Assembly: GCA_977017575.1 (NCBI GenBank)
Contig: CDRNVI010000018.1
Span: 186,001 to 250,000, forward strand
Length of the DNA: 64,000 nucleotides
DNA from: Paramoeba atlantica
Taxonomy: Eukaryota > Protista > Discosea
Direction: 5' to 3'
Shown here: piece by piece, positions 20,960 to 32,197 of the stretch
How the letters are laid out: every line of letters starts with the position of its first letter
Position numbering within the stretch: position 1 is the stretch's first letter
Translations under genes and position numbers: made by a program
Notes under the pieces: generated by a model
The model's input: only the letters and a program-made list of their open reading frames with translations
What the model was told of the DNA's origin: nothing
Databases searched by the model: none

Positions 20960-22273
20960 TTGTTTACCATGCGTTCCCAGCGACTTCGCGTGCCGGCGAA
21001 CCCAGGACATGAGCGAGACCGCAGCCCTAAGCGAACACGTCCTCTCTCCCCTTTGGACCCCGACAAACGCCGTTCCTTGTCTTGTCCAGCTGGGCGACCA
21101 CCTCGTTCTGACCCATCTTCGCCAGTAGACTCTTTCGCGGTTCCTTCGCTGCGCTATTCTGGCCGAAACCGACGCACAGTACACCCTTCTCCTTACCCCA
21201 GCCCTTACCCTGACCCCCTAACGGCCCCCCAGAACTCGGGAGATGTTCCCCCACGGCGGCAGAGCACGCTCAACCCTGACCAAGTTGAGCCTTCCCGCTC
21301 CCCTCAGCGTTATGAAGACCTTAATCTCGACCATGTAGACCGTGCTATTCGATCCAACCAAAATGCGCGTGGAATATTGACTCAGACTGCTAAGGAAGAA
21401 TTTGTAACCAAGATAATTAATCTTCTTCGCAAAGAATACCAGGTCACTGTCGAGGCAGTGTGGTCTCGACCAGGTGATGACATTCGACAGACAGTCATAG
21501 GCGACGTTTACATGAAGCACCCAAATGACCCAGTGTCCTTAGAATTGGTCGCTGAGTGGGATGGTGATGTCAATACGGCATACCGCTTTCCCCATCCCGA
21601 CATTACGTATCACGATTTGACGGTCGTCCGTGTTCGGGCAGAGATGCCTGGAGGGCAGCCGGTGGAATCTTTAATCCCGTCCTTTGAACGAGTACGTATT
21701 ACAGACCCCAAAAGCTTCTCCCCCTACGACCCGGTTACGTGGCAACCGTGGATCGACACGGAGGATTTGTTCAAGCCCCGAGACCTCATCCGTGAGCTGC
21801 GGGAGGCGCCGCAGCTAGGGGTTCGATTCAACCCGCCACCGCATCGGGACCGTTTATTCAAGATCCTTATCGAATGGATCTACGCTGCTCGCCTGACGGA
21901 GGGTTGGATGGAGAAACATAACCTTGCTGTGGCAGAACTCATAATCGAGGAACTCCGCAATCTCTACTGGGCCGCTGCGGGTGTTGCTGTCGAACGCGTG
22001 CAACAGCGACTTCATCGTGATGATGATCCGAAGGATCGTTATGGGCAACTCGTTCTCGACGAACAACTCCGAGGTCGTCCCCAAGTTCGATCCTCCCGTC
22101 GTCGGCCTTTCTGCTTCTCGTGTCACCAGCCGGGCCACATTCGTGCGGACTGCCCGCAGATGGCTCAGGCCCAGCACCAGTTTCGTCCCTCCCATCCGAC
22201 GAATCAGGATTTTCGCGGAGGGGTGGCGGGCGGCGCCGTCCGTTACGCCGGCGCAACACGGGGTTCCCACTAG
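20960..22273 (+). CDS. Gag-like ORF1 of element B with CCHC zinc knuckle
   Basis: CFSCHQPGHIRADC; homologous to 50798-51832. Confidence 0.85.
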   Translation: MFTMRSQRLRVPANPGHERDRSPKRTRPLSPLDPDKRRSLSCPAGRPPRSDPSSPVDSFAVPSLRYSGRNRRTVHPSPYPSPYPDPLTAPQNSGDVPPRRQSTLNPDQVEPSRSPQRYEDLNLDHVDRAIRSNQNARGILTQTAKEEFVTKIINLLRKEYQVTVEAVWSRPGDDIRQTVIGDVYMKHPNDPVSLELVAEWDGDVNTAYRFPHPDITYHDLTVVRVRAEMPGGQPVESLIPSFERVRITDPKSFSPYDPVTWQPWIDTEDLFKPRDLIRELREAPQLGVRFNPPPHRDRLFKILIEWIYAARLTEGWMEKHNLAVAELIIEELRNLYWAAAGVAVERVQQRLHRDDDPKDRYGQLVLDEQLRGRPQVRSSRRRPFCFSCHQPGHIRADCPQMAQAQHQFRPSHPTNQDFRGGVAGGAVRYAGATRGSH

Positions 22274-25031
22274 GGAATGCCCCCCACCCCTATTACTCGT
22301 GCCCCTTGCCTCAGGCGGCAAAGGGCTCCTACCGCTCCAACCTTACAAACGCGCTTACCCCGACGGGACTCTCCGGTGAGGCGTCCTCGACCCCCTCTTT
22401 CTTCCAATCCTCCCCTTCCTCATGTTGTTTCCACTCGTCCTCCGCGAAGTCGGTCCCTTCCCATACGCGCACTAAACCAGTCCGCATGAGAAAAACCCGC
22501 CGCAGACCGCAACGCCATTCTCCAAGCCATCCTTCGCCTTCCTCCGAACGACCCACGCACACTACAACTGAGCGACGCTCTCGAACCGATGTGGGCCACG
22601 ACCACATGGGCCAACAGGGAGCGAATTTGGCTACGTATGCAGCAGTACTGCGCGGCAAAGGGTGTTCCTTCAAATTCCACAAACCCGGTTCTCTTCCTAC
22701 ATTCGCTGCCTCTAGCCAGCTCGACGAGAATGGGTTACGCAGGAGGCTTGCGAACTTTATTTCAGTTAATGGGGGAAGAGTCGACTCCCTTAAAACTATA
22801 TATAAAGGCCCTGCAAGCACAGGGGGGGCTAGAGCCCACGCGCCAAATGCAGCCCGTCAACCCCATTCTTCTACAAAAGCTACGCCGACACTTGAATCCG
22901 AAGGAGAGCATGTGTTGCCCCCTATGCTGGAAGGCAGCGGCGCGTTGGACCGAGACCGCGGATTTAAGAAGAGAACAGTTCGTGAGTGTAACAAGCTGCG
23001 AAGTGATAATTTATTGGGGGAGGGGGACAAAGACCACACGCCTAAACCCTTTTCGACCACACCTTTACGCCATTGTAACTGGGCCAGGAACGCCAGAACT
23101 CGCGCAGCATATCCAAAGCATGAACCCCGGGCAACGACTCTGTTACACGACAGTCCGCGAGATGGACCATCAAATACGATCAATACTCGGTCAGGGGTAC
23201 GGGACGCACTCTATCAAAAGGGGGGCAATCACTCATCTGTTTCACGAAATCTCTCTCGGAAATTTGCGCATGCAGGAGGTTCAAAACCTAACAAAACACC
23301 AGAACATAGAATCACTGCTCAGATACAATGCAAACAGCGTTACAACGGCACGGGCCCTCGGGACACAACGAGTGTCTGCACTCCTTCCGGTACTTTAACA
23401 ACCTCTCATGTTACAAAGTGTTTTCACGAAGTCCCCTATCTCCGTAGGCACTCCGTTATATGTGCCCGCCGTAGCTCGCGGCTCGCTATACCGAAGGATA
23501 TGAGTCTACCCCTCCATGTGAAAAAGTCAATCCCGGTGATTAAATTGGACAAAGTGAAGGAATGGTTAAATCCTGCGGCAGCCACACGTTTTCGCAAGGT
23601 ACTAAATGAACTTTTATGGGTTCCTACAGGCCCGTACCCCGAGCCTTCGGTACGTGGTTCTTTGCCCGAGGAAGACATACGTCTACTTGAGGACGCCGGC
23701 GTTATAAGCAAGGTTTCGGGGAAGGACCTACTCAAAAGACCATCCATGCAATATATGATCCCCTTTACAGTGGTTGAACCGACGATGAAGGTAATCAACG
23801 CCGCAGGTTTATATCCTGGACACGAGATGACAACAACAGGCTTTTAAATTATGAACCGGAAGTTGCGCTGTATCACCCATCCAAATATCTACACAAAGCA
23901 CATGATGCTATGGCAGTGAAGCGCGACTTCACTTGTGGTTTTTACCAAATTAGTATTCCCTTGAAGGCACGGCCCAAGTTTAGATTTCGATCGACATTGG
24001 GCGAAGTTTTCGAGATGAACGTTCTTCCCATGGGTCATCGCTGCGCACCAGAAATCATGCACACTGTTACCGCCGCAATTGCCGGCGAGAGGTCGGTGTG
24101 TCAGGAGCGTTTCTCGTTTCACAGAGGTGCCACTGACGTTTACGTCGACGGAGTTCGTTTTTCGGGGACAGCGAACGATGCCGTCGAATACGCTCGCTTT
24201 ATTGACGAGCGGTGTTCCAAAGCAAACGGCCTCTTTAAAGACGCCGGACAGCCCCCTGCTTTGAAGTATGTTTTCAATGGGGTGGCTTTCGACCACGACA
24301 CTCATACGGTCTGCCTGGGACCGAGAGTGGTCAGTAAACTGCAAAAAGACAAATTTCATAAATTGTCTTTTGGTGATCTTGAGGCGGCGGTGGGGCGTCT
24401 TCTGTATGGATCTGCAGTCTTGCGGCTCAATATGCCACGCTTTTATTTCGCGATGAAAGTCGCGCAGCGTAGGATCAACTTATTAAATCGCTGTCCGTAT
24501 TTGATCGACAAGCCAGTTGATCTTCCGGTAGTTACTCGTTCTACACTTACCGAATGGCGAAATGAATTGATATGCAATCTTCCCCGACCCCCGCCTCCTC
24601 ATCCTGACACCGTTCCTCACCACCACAAGTTATACACGGATGCTTCTGCGAAGGGATGGGGGGCCATCATTTACCTTGATTCTGGGGAGGTATTAATTAC
24701 TGGTGAGGCATGGCCGAAAAATTTTAAGTATGAAGTGAATCGGGCCGAAGCGATGGCGGTCCGCTTAGCTATTAAAAAGTTTGCTATGCACTCCCCCAAA
24801 GGAACGTGCTTGGATATCTTCGTGGATAACACCTCCTGTAAGGCAGCGTTGAACAGGAGATTATCGAAGTCAGAAGGAGTGTCAAAGGAATTGAAAGAAA
24901 TAATACGAGACACTGAGAAACGTGGGATTTGTGTCGAGGCGAGATATGTGTCTACGTTGAACAATCCGGCCGATCATATAAGTCGGGGTAAAGAAGTTGA
25001 CATTAAACAGATTGAAAAGTGTGTGATGTAA
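22120..25031 (+). pseudogene. RT-RNase H of element B with a 1-nt frameshift near 23778
   Basis: Restoring one base gives VE.DDEGNQRRRFISWT, matching element C (VEADEGGQFRRRFISWT). KRDFTCGFYQ, LPMG, YVDG; RNase H LYTDAS, AEAMA, VDN, NPADHISR. Confidence 0.9.
22589..23398 (+). CDS. Tyrosine recombinase of element B
   Basis: WKAAARWTE, GTHSIKRGA, TKHQ..LLRY. The upstream part of the same frame (22274-22486) is separated by a TGA. Confidence 0.9.
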   Translation: MWATTTWANRERIWLRMQQYCAAKGVPSNSTNPVLFLHSLPLASSTRMGYAGGLRTLFQLMGEESTPLKLYIKALQAQGGLEPTRQMQPVNPILLQKLRRHLNPKESMCCPLCWKAAARWTETADLRREQFVSVTSCEVIIYWGRGTKTTRLNPFRPHLYAIVTGPGTPELAQHIQSMNPGQRLCYTTVREMDHQIRSILGQGYGTHSIKRGAITHLFHEISLGNLRMQEVQNLTKHQNIESLLRYNANSVTTARALGTQRVSALLPVL

Positions 25032-25378
25032 AGGGCACGATAATAGACCGGTCATCTATTATTGTGTTATCCTTCCCTAGTTATTTTCGAAAAAAAAAAA
25101 AAAATTACTGTGTGTTTGGGAAAATATTGTGACGTGTGTGTGGGCAGGTAGCCGCCGGGTTTGGCGGGTGCAACCCGCTAACATAGTGATATATTATAAA
25201 TTTATATTGTTTGTTTTGAAAGGCCTATTTTGTCAAGATGATGTAGAAGCTACATACGTTTCAATTTGCTTTTCATGTATATGATATGAATAGGTGAACT
25301 CATGTGAAAATAAATTATTATTTCATCTTTATAGTTATTTTCTTTTATGTCCTGTGCGGCCCCTCGGTGTGGATTTCA

Positions 25379-25545
25379 CCTGGATGCGTCAAATGTGCAG
25401 GACACAATGTAACTACGAAGCATCATGCCCTTGTTCGCTACCTTTACGAGCTATGCCTCCGAGCTGGCTTGCCGTGTGAACGTGAACCTCGTCAGTTCAG
25501 TTACTATGAGTGCTCTGCGTGCGCAGCCACGATCCACCCTGAAAA
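25379..25545 (+). pseudogene. CRE-like family 2 fragment, part 3 (RLE start)
   Basis: PGCVKCAGHNVTTKHHALVRYLYELC..CEREPRQF. Confidence 0.85.
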
Positions 25546-25894
25546 CAAAATTTTTATTAAAACATACGGCGGAAACGACTAGATGTGAGGAAAGGCTTTA
25601 TGCTATTGTTTCATTCCTCCAATCCACTTTTCTTCAGGGATGTATTCCCGGAGCTGTGATACTACGGTGTATGCCGATAGCTTTTCGAGTTCGAGCTGGA
25701 AAGCGTCACGCACATTCTCATATTTTTGGTTTGCACGCTGTGACAACGCTTTTAGTCTTTCCATTCATGTTCCGCGGGGGCGGTTGCCCCTTGATCTCTG
25801 GAGAGAGCTCTGGGGAAAGGGTCGTAAGAAAGGACATCGTGCCTCTGGGATTCCCTCCTGTCTGTCAAAATCTTGGTTCTTCAAACGTTTCTCA

Positions 25895-27070
25895 TGGTTA
25901 CGCCTTCCCCCCAAAAAGGGCGGGATCGGTCTTACGCCTTCGGAACCAATACGCGAGGTTCAGTTTTCAAAGTCGAAACAAGCTGCGCTGGAGCGCTCCA
26001 AACATCTTTCAGCTTCAACCAGCATTTTGACTTTGACAAGTGGATCTCAGGGGTCCCAGAGACCTTCCATTGATGAGTCCGTATCCGAAGAGCTGCATCA
26101 TAACTTAGTACGCGACAACCTGATGAAATGCAAAGACAACGCTGTCATCATCAAGGCAGCCAGCGAAAAAGGAAACTCCTGTTGGCTAAACTCCTCTGCT
26201 AGGCAAATCTCCTCTCAGCACTTCACGCTCGCTTTAATGCCACGCCTAGGCATAGCCCACCCATCATTACCGACGAATCTGAAATGCCCTGGGTGTCAGA
26301 TACTGTTGTCTGCTCAGGACGCGATTGCACACGTCACAGGTTGCGTCAAGTGTACGGGTAACAATGCGTCAACAAAACACAACTGCATGGTACGCAGGAT
26401 TTACGACTTATGCATAAAAGCTGGAATTCCGTGCGAAATGGAGCCTAGACCATTCTCTAGTTATCGCTGCCTGAAATGCAACGAGGTGGTGGAAGGAGAG
26501 AGGAAGTCAGAGCATCAACGGACATGCGGTTCTCCCTCCTTCCACCGTTCCGGACCGGATTTGGCGATATACTGGGCAACGGGAATTATCTATTACGACT
26601 TCACAATCCTGCATGAATTTGCCCCATCGAATGCCGGCAGAAGCGGGGCGCAGTTAATGCGAGATGCAATTAAAAGGAAACACGCCACGTACGTCAAAAC
26701 AGGTTTGATACCGTTTGAGCAATTTAAATGCATCCCCATGCTTTCTGGAGGAGCGCTTCATAGCGGCACTAAGATTCTCCTTAACTCGCTTGCTGATGTG
26801 TGCGGCTTATCGCGAGAGTTCGTAATACATGATCTCGCCTTGCGCTTGCAAGAGTTGAACGGGTCGATCGCGCTTTCTCAGCTTCGGAGATTCATTGACC
26901 CTCGCAGCGACGAAGAGTCTGCCTTTTGAAGAAGTTCTTTTTCGAACGTAGTTAATAAATGAAAAAGTGGAAATATTAACCCCTTTTTGATCTAATCTCA
27001 TATGTAAACCTGGGTGTGTTATTAACTGAAGAGACAGGAAGTTTCCTTCTTGCTGCAAAAAAAAAAAAAA
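25895..27070 (+). mobile_element. 5'-truncated CRE-like family 2 copy (RLE; ORF ends 26929) with A-tail
   Basis: RLPPKKGGIG, CPGC..H..C..C, KHN, CEMEP, RSGPDL, YYDFTI. A-run at 27057-27070. Confidence 0.88.
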
Positions 27071-28208
27071 GACAGCACGCAGCTTTAGAGCAGCAAAAAA
27101 AGTTTTCAGCTCAAGTCGCGACGTGCGATGCCTCAACAGTGGCCGCTGTACCGGAAGAAGAGTCTGCGGAGAAAGCAGTACACAAGGCGATAAAAACGCG
27201 TCTGTGTGAAACCAAGAAAACTGCGCAGATAATGCAGGCAACTACTCGGAAAGGAAGCTACTCGTGGCTGCACGCGACCGAACGATTTATACCGACGCGA
27301 CAATACACCCTAGCAGTGATGCCGAGGCTCGGTATCTGTCACCCGGAGCTCCCTTCATCCTTTCTCTGCCCGGGCTGCAAAACGGAAATCAACGGCGAGA
27401 CCGCTCTCACCCACGTGCCGGGATGCGTCAGGTGCACCGGAACGAATTCGACTACGAAGCACAATTGTCTGATTCGTTACATCTACGACCTTTGCATGAA
27501 GGCCGGTATCCCATGCGAGCGGGAGCCCCGTCAGTTTTCATCGTACACGTGCCTCGGGTGCTCGGAGGTAATTTCCGAAGAGCGAAAGAGGGAGCATGCA
27601 ACAGCGTGCAAAGGCAGCGCGTTGCATCGATCGGGCCCCGATTTGGTAGTATATTGGGCCACAGGGGAGATCTTTTATGACCTTACAGTCGTACACGAGC
27701 TCGCTCCTTCCATTCTCGGTACCAAGCCAGCAAAAGCACTCCAAGACGCGATCACGAGGAAACGCACCAAGTACGTGGCGACCAAAATATTAAGAGAGGA
27801 CAACTTTCGGTGCTTACCCATCCTTGCAAGCGGATCACTTCACGCCAACACAAGAGAGCTACTACACATTTTGGCCGAGAAATCGTCCATGAATCCGCAG
27901 GCGGTGGAACGAGACTTTGCGCTGCATTTGCAAGAATTGAATGGGGCAGTGTTAAACTGCCAGTTGCGTCGGTTCTTGGAGCCCCGTACAGAGGAGGATA
28001 CTTATGGCTTCTAGATTTAGCTTTAATTTCTTTAGAATGGATTTCTTACACTGGTTTTTTAATATATAGTTAGAGATGTGCGGTTGTAGTTTTCTCTCAA
28101 AGAAGCGAGAGAAGGGGGGAAGGAAAAATGAGGAGAAGGAACGAGTCGATTCCCTTTGTAAGACACCTTTTCCAGAACCTTTGCAAAAAAAAAAAAAAAA
28201 AAAAAAAA
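27071..28208 (+). mobile_element. 5'-truncated CRE-like family 2 copy (RLE; ORF ends 28014) with A-tail
   Basis: Same RLE motifs; 3' UTR followed by A-run at 28185-28208. Confidence 0.9.
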
Positions 28209-28244
28209 CTTTAACGATAAAGATACAGTTTCTGTACCTTGTTG
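28209..28244 (+). other. Retro-copied spliced-leader exon (CTTTAACGATAAAGATACAGTTTCTGTACCTTGTTG)
   Basis: Contains the kinetoplastid/diplonemid SL core CAGTTTCTGTAC and ends in TTG. It lies 36 nt before the ATG at 28281. Confidence 0.88.
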
Positions 28245-28280
28245 AATTATTTTTCTTTCCCTATTTCTTTTATCCGGACA

Positions 28281-31200
28281 ATGAGGGAGGCTGATTCATG
28301 CGGCTCGACGACGATACGAGAAGATGACCTTTTTGCCCAAGAGGAGAAAACACACACGCCAGGCTCCTGGGACCAGTTTGAGGGTAATCAGCATCTTATC
28401 GCTGCAACTAGTACATACGATGAATCCCTCTACACGACGCCCATACCAGAAAATATTACACCGGCCTGGCAAGACAAAATGGAAACGGCACTACAATCTT
28501 TGCACCGAGAGAAGCAGACACCTGACACGGAGATGATTTTATCGGCAGACGAAGAGAGAAATCATTCCAGTGTATCAAGAGACTGTGCCCCCAATACGTC
28601 TGGCAAAGGTCAAGAAGTAACAAGCCAAACCCCAGAGCGGTACGAACCACATTCCATGGCCACAGCGAGGCTTCTCCCACGAAAAAGCCCTCTTTCTAGC
28701 CAAAAGTCGACGCCCAAAATTTTCGAGAGAGGGGTTAGTAAAGATTCCAAGACTCGCCAACCAGCTAGACGAGACAAAATGAGACGTCGCACCTGTCCAG
28801 TCGAAGTGTGCAACTGGAGCACCGCATCACACGGAGGGAAGTGGCAGGCCTACTACCATCACGTCGCAAGCCAACATAGCGATACTGTGCCTTCGGAATG
28901 GTGGGAAAAAGAAGGACGTTTCTTATGCCCCTCATGCGGCAAGCACTATGATCACAATAAAAAAGCTTCCCATGAGGAAAAATGTCAAGACTCCTTGGGC
29001 TCTTACACCTCGTCGCTAACCTGTGAGCCAGAAACCGAAGAGGCTTCCATTTCCCAAATTTACAAGGATTCGCTCCCGTCTCTTGATTGTGTCTGCTCTT
29101 ACGCCATCAACACATGCAAAGATGTACCATTCCGATGCAGACAACAGTGGGCCTCTGTTTTGACTCAAACAATGGCTGCAGTGGTTAGAGAGAACTCGGT
29201 TGAGGCCTGTACACGCTTAGCGATGCTCCCAAAATGTGTCCTGCCCGCGCCCAAAAGAGGGGGACGAAAAGGAAATTCGTCCTATACCACGAAAACGAGC
29301 CAACGCATGGATCGCTGGGAATCCAGGGAATACGCGGCACTGTGGAGCGAATCTGTTGCGCAAATGGTAAAGAAGCGGGAGAGGAGCGACGATGAGGAAG
29401 TGGACGAGTCCGGCAAGGCGGCGAAACGAGCCGAGTTGCTGGCCAGACAAGGGGAGTTTTCCCGTGCGATGGCAGCCCTTACAGCAGCACCGATGGCACC
29501 TGAATCCGAAGAAACTTACGAAAAACTCCAATCGAAGCACCCAGGTAGATTACCTTTATCATCTTCCGTCACATTCCGACCCATAGAAGGAGAGCCTTTA
29601 CATCTATCCGAAGGCGAAGTTGAAAAGGCACTACGCAGTTTCCGGCGCGGAACATCGGCTGGCACCATGGGCCTCCGCCCTGAGCATCTCCAGAGCGCCT
29701 TAGCAGCACACCCTGATGACAAGGTACAGCCGCTTTTCTATCTCAAGGAAGTCATGAACCTCTTGCTGTCCGGGAAAGGTTGTCTCCAAGTCCAGAAGTT
29801 CTTCAGCGGCGCCAGACTATGTGCCTTAGAAAAAGGAGAAAATGATGTCCGTCCTATTGCTGCCGGCGAAACAATAAGGCGACTTGTGAGCAAAGCGGCC
29901 TGCTCCGCAGTAAAGGAAAAGGCAAGCAAACTACTCTGGCCTCATCAATACGGAGTCGCAACACCTGCAGGGGCCGAACGCCTGATCCACCTGTGTAAGC
30001 ACGTGATGGCTTCTCAGGCGGGAAGTTCTGATTTCACGCTATGTAAAGTGGATCTGCGAAATGCCTTTAACAACATCTCAAGAACTGCCTTTGCTGCACT
30101 TACGAGGGAGCACTTCCCGGAGCTCTCCCCGTGGGTTGAATGGTGTTACACCACCGAGAGTATTCTCACTTACGGTTTCCGTCAGATTTCTTCAAAGGAG
30201 GGTGTGCAACAAGGGGATCCGTTGGGTCCTTTACTTTTTTCCCTCGTCATGCAAATGGTTACTACCGAGATAGATCGACAACTTCCTGGTCTTCTTAAGC
30301 TTAATCTGTGGTATTTGGATGACGGCATTCTCGGGGGGAAGGCTCAAGACTTCAGACGAGCTTTAGACATCATCGAACGAGTCGGCCCACAGTGGGGAAT
30401 CTTCCTAAACGCCAACAAGTGCGAGGCGATCACACATCCTGAATCCGCCGAACACCTGGACAGCTTCGGCAACATCCCGACGACTAAAAAGACAAGCGAG
30501 GGAAATTTTTCAATTTTAGGTAGCCCTGTAGGAACGACTGATTTCTGCACAGAATTTCTCCGTAAACACACCCTGTTGCCTGCTGAAGAATCCCTAGCCG
30601 CGATCGAATACATGGAAGACCCGCAAGTTTCCCTTGCACTCATCCGACAGTGTGCTGGTTTCAGCCAAATGGCATATTCTCTTAGAACCACACCCACCAA
30701 TTCCGTCCATGAGCTATGCGAAGAACTTGACACAGCAATACTACATACCACGGAACGCTCTATATGTCCTTTAAATGAAGATGCTGCCGCACAAGTACAA
30801 CGTCCAAAATCTTACGGTGGATTCGGGCTGCGCTCTTCAGCGATGCATGCCTCATCGGCGTACGTTTCCTCAGTCTCTTTCGCAGCGGATAAGGACAACT
30901 GGAACTCCCTCGACGCAAAAGATTTTGCTGATGCAGTACTGGACGTCAATTCACGAGCGGGCACCAGCGTCCTGGAAGAGAAAACCGGTCTAATTTCCCC
31001 TCAGCACGCTTCCTCTCTCTCTCACCTCAAAAAAGTACTGGGTCTCCGTGGATCAAAACGACCTCTCCCGGCGAATCTTCCCGTAGCACCACCCGGAGAC
31101 ACGACGACCCCTTACTTTGAACAAACGAAACTCGACCACGAGTTTTCATCTTCCAACGACCGAGTCGCACGCCAAAAGGTGCTCAGCCGTGCAATTTCTT

Positions 31201-32120
31201 CCCGCGAGTACACCGATGCATATCAGAAAGCTGATCCTCAAACGAGGGCACGTTGGATATCTCAATCTGGAAAAGGGGCAGGTGACTGGCTGTTTGTCAC
31301 GCCCTCCAGGGAAAAGGGGCACGCCTTTACTAAAACGGAGTTCCGCACCCTGCGCACCTGGTGGCTAGGACAAAAAGTATATCCAGAAACACACCCCTGT
31401 CCCGTCTCAGGCTGCACGCTTCCGATGGGACCACAAGGAGACCACGCATTGGTCTGTAAACACGACTACGGGATCTCTGCGAGGCAGAATGCCTTGGCCC
31501 TCCAGTTCTTTGACGTTTGTCAAAAGGCCAATTTGTCTCCGAAAAGGGAGCACAGCCTCGGCAACAGAGGTCCAGGGGGGGCACTCACAAGACCAGGGGA
31601 TGTGTTCCTTCCGAGCTACACGCTCGGTAAAGGCCTTGTCTTTGATTTTGCGGTGACCCACGTCCAGCAACAGAAATATACGGACCTGGTCCGTTCTGCT
31701 GGCATGGTAGCTGCAGGGGCCTTCGCAGAGAAATATGCAACGAACCACAAGCGTGGACAAAGGCAAGAGGCTATAGAGGCCGGACATGATTTCACCGCCA
31801 TGGTAGTGGAATCGTAAGGATCATGGAACCCGACGTCCCTCCATATGCTGAAGAAGATCGCGGGAAAAAGAGCCGCAGCATGTAAGGGTGATATGTCCGA
31901 GCAAGCGTCAATGTTTTTTCTTCTCCAGGACATGAACGTTACGCTCATGCGGTCTCAGGCACGAATGCTTGTAAGACGCATGGCAGACGTGGATATCCAT
32001 GCCAGTCTCGCTTTACTGCACGAGGCACCCTCTGACACCACACCAAATCGTGCCAGCTGCGGACCGGCAGGAGCGATCGAGCCTACAGTGCCTATTCTCA
32101 CGCCTCGCCTTCGTGAGTGA
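28281..32120 (+). pseudogene. CRE-like family 1 copy 1 polyprotein (LsmAD-like, C2H2 and C2HC fingers, RT, RLE) with premature TAA at 31815-31817
   Basis: WDQF..STYDESLYTT; CPVEVC..HVASQH; QQGDPLGPLLF; WYLDDG; CPVSGC..DHALVC; RPGD..FDFAV. The frame continues after the TAA to 32120. Confidence 0.92.
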
Positions 32121-32197
32121 GGTACCCCAAGGTGGGATAGGTAGGGATTCGGACTGACAGTCCTATTTCAGCACGAAGACGCCATGGTATCCAGGAC

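Larger units (their letters stand above)
20764..25378 (+). mobile_element. Tyrosine-recombinase retrotransposon B (TATE-like), full length but mutated
   Basis: Gag-CCHC, YR and RT-RH ORFs. Termini are AGAAGTCTACG and GGATTTC. The host frame rejoins as ALTHI|PGCVKC. Confidence 0.92.

Noticed and set aside
28209-28244. SL motifs as SL RNA genes
   Set aside because: No shared GT-initiated intron or common downstream sequence follows the exon; each copy is joined to a different element UTR.
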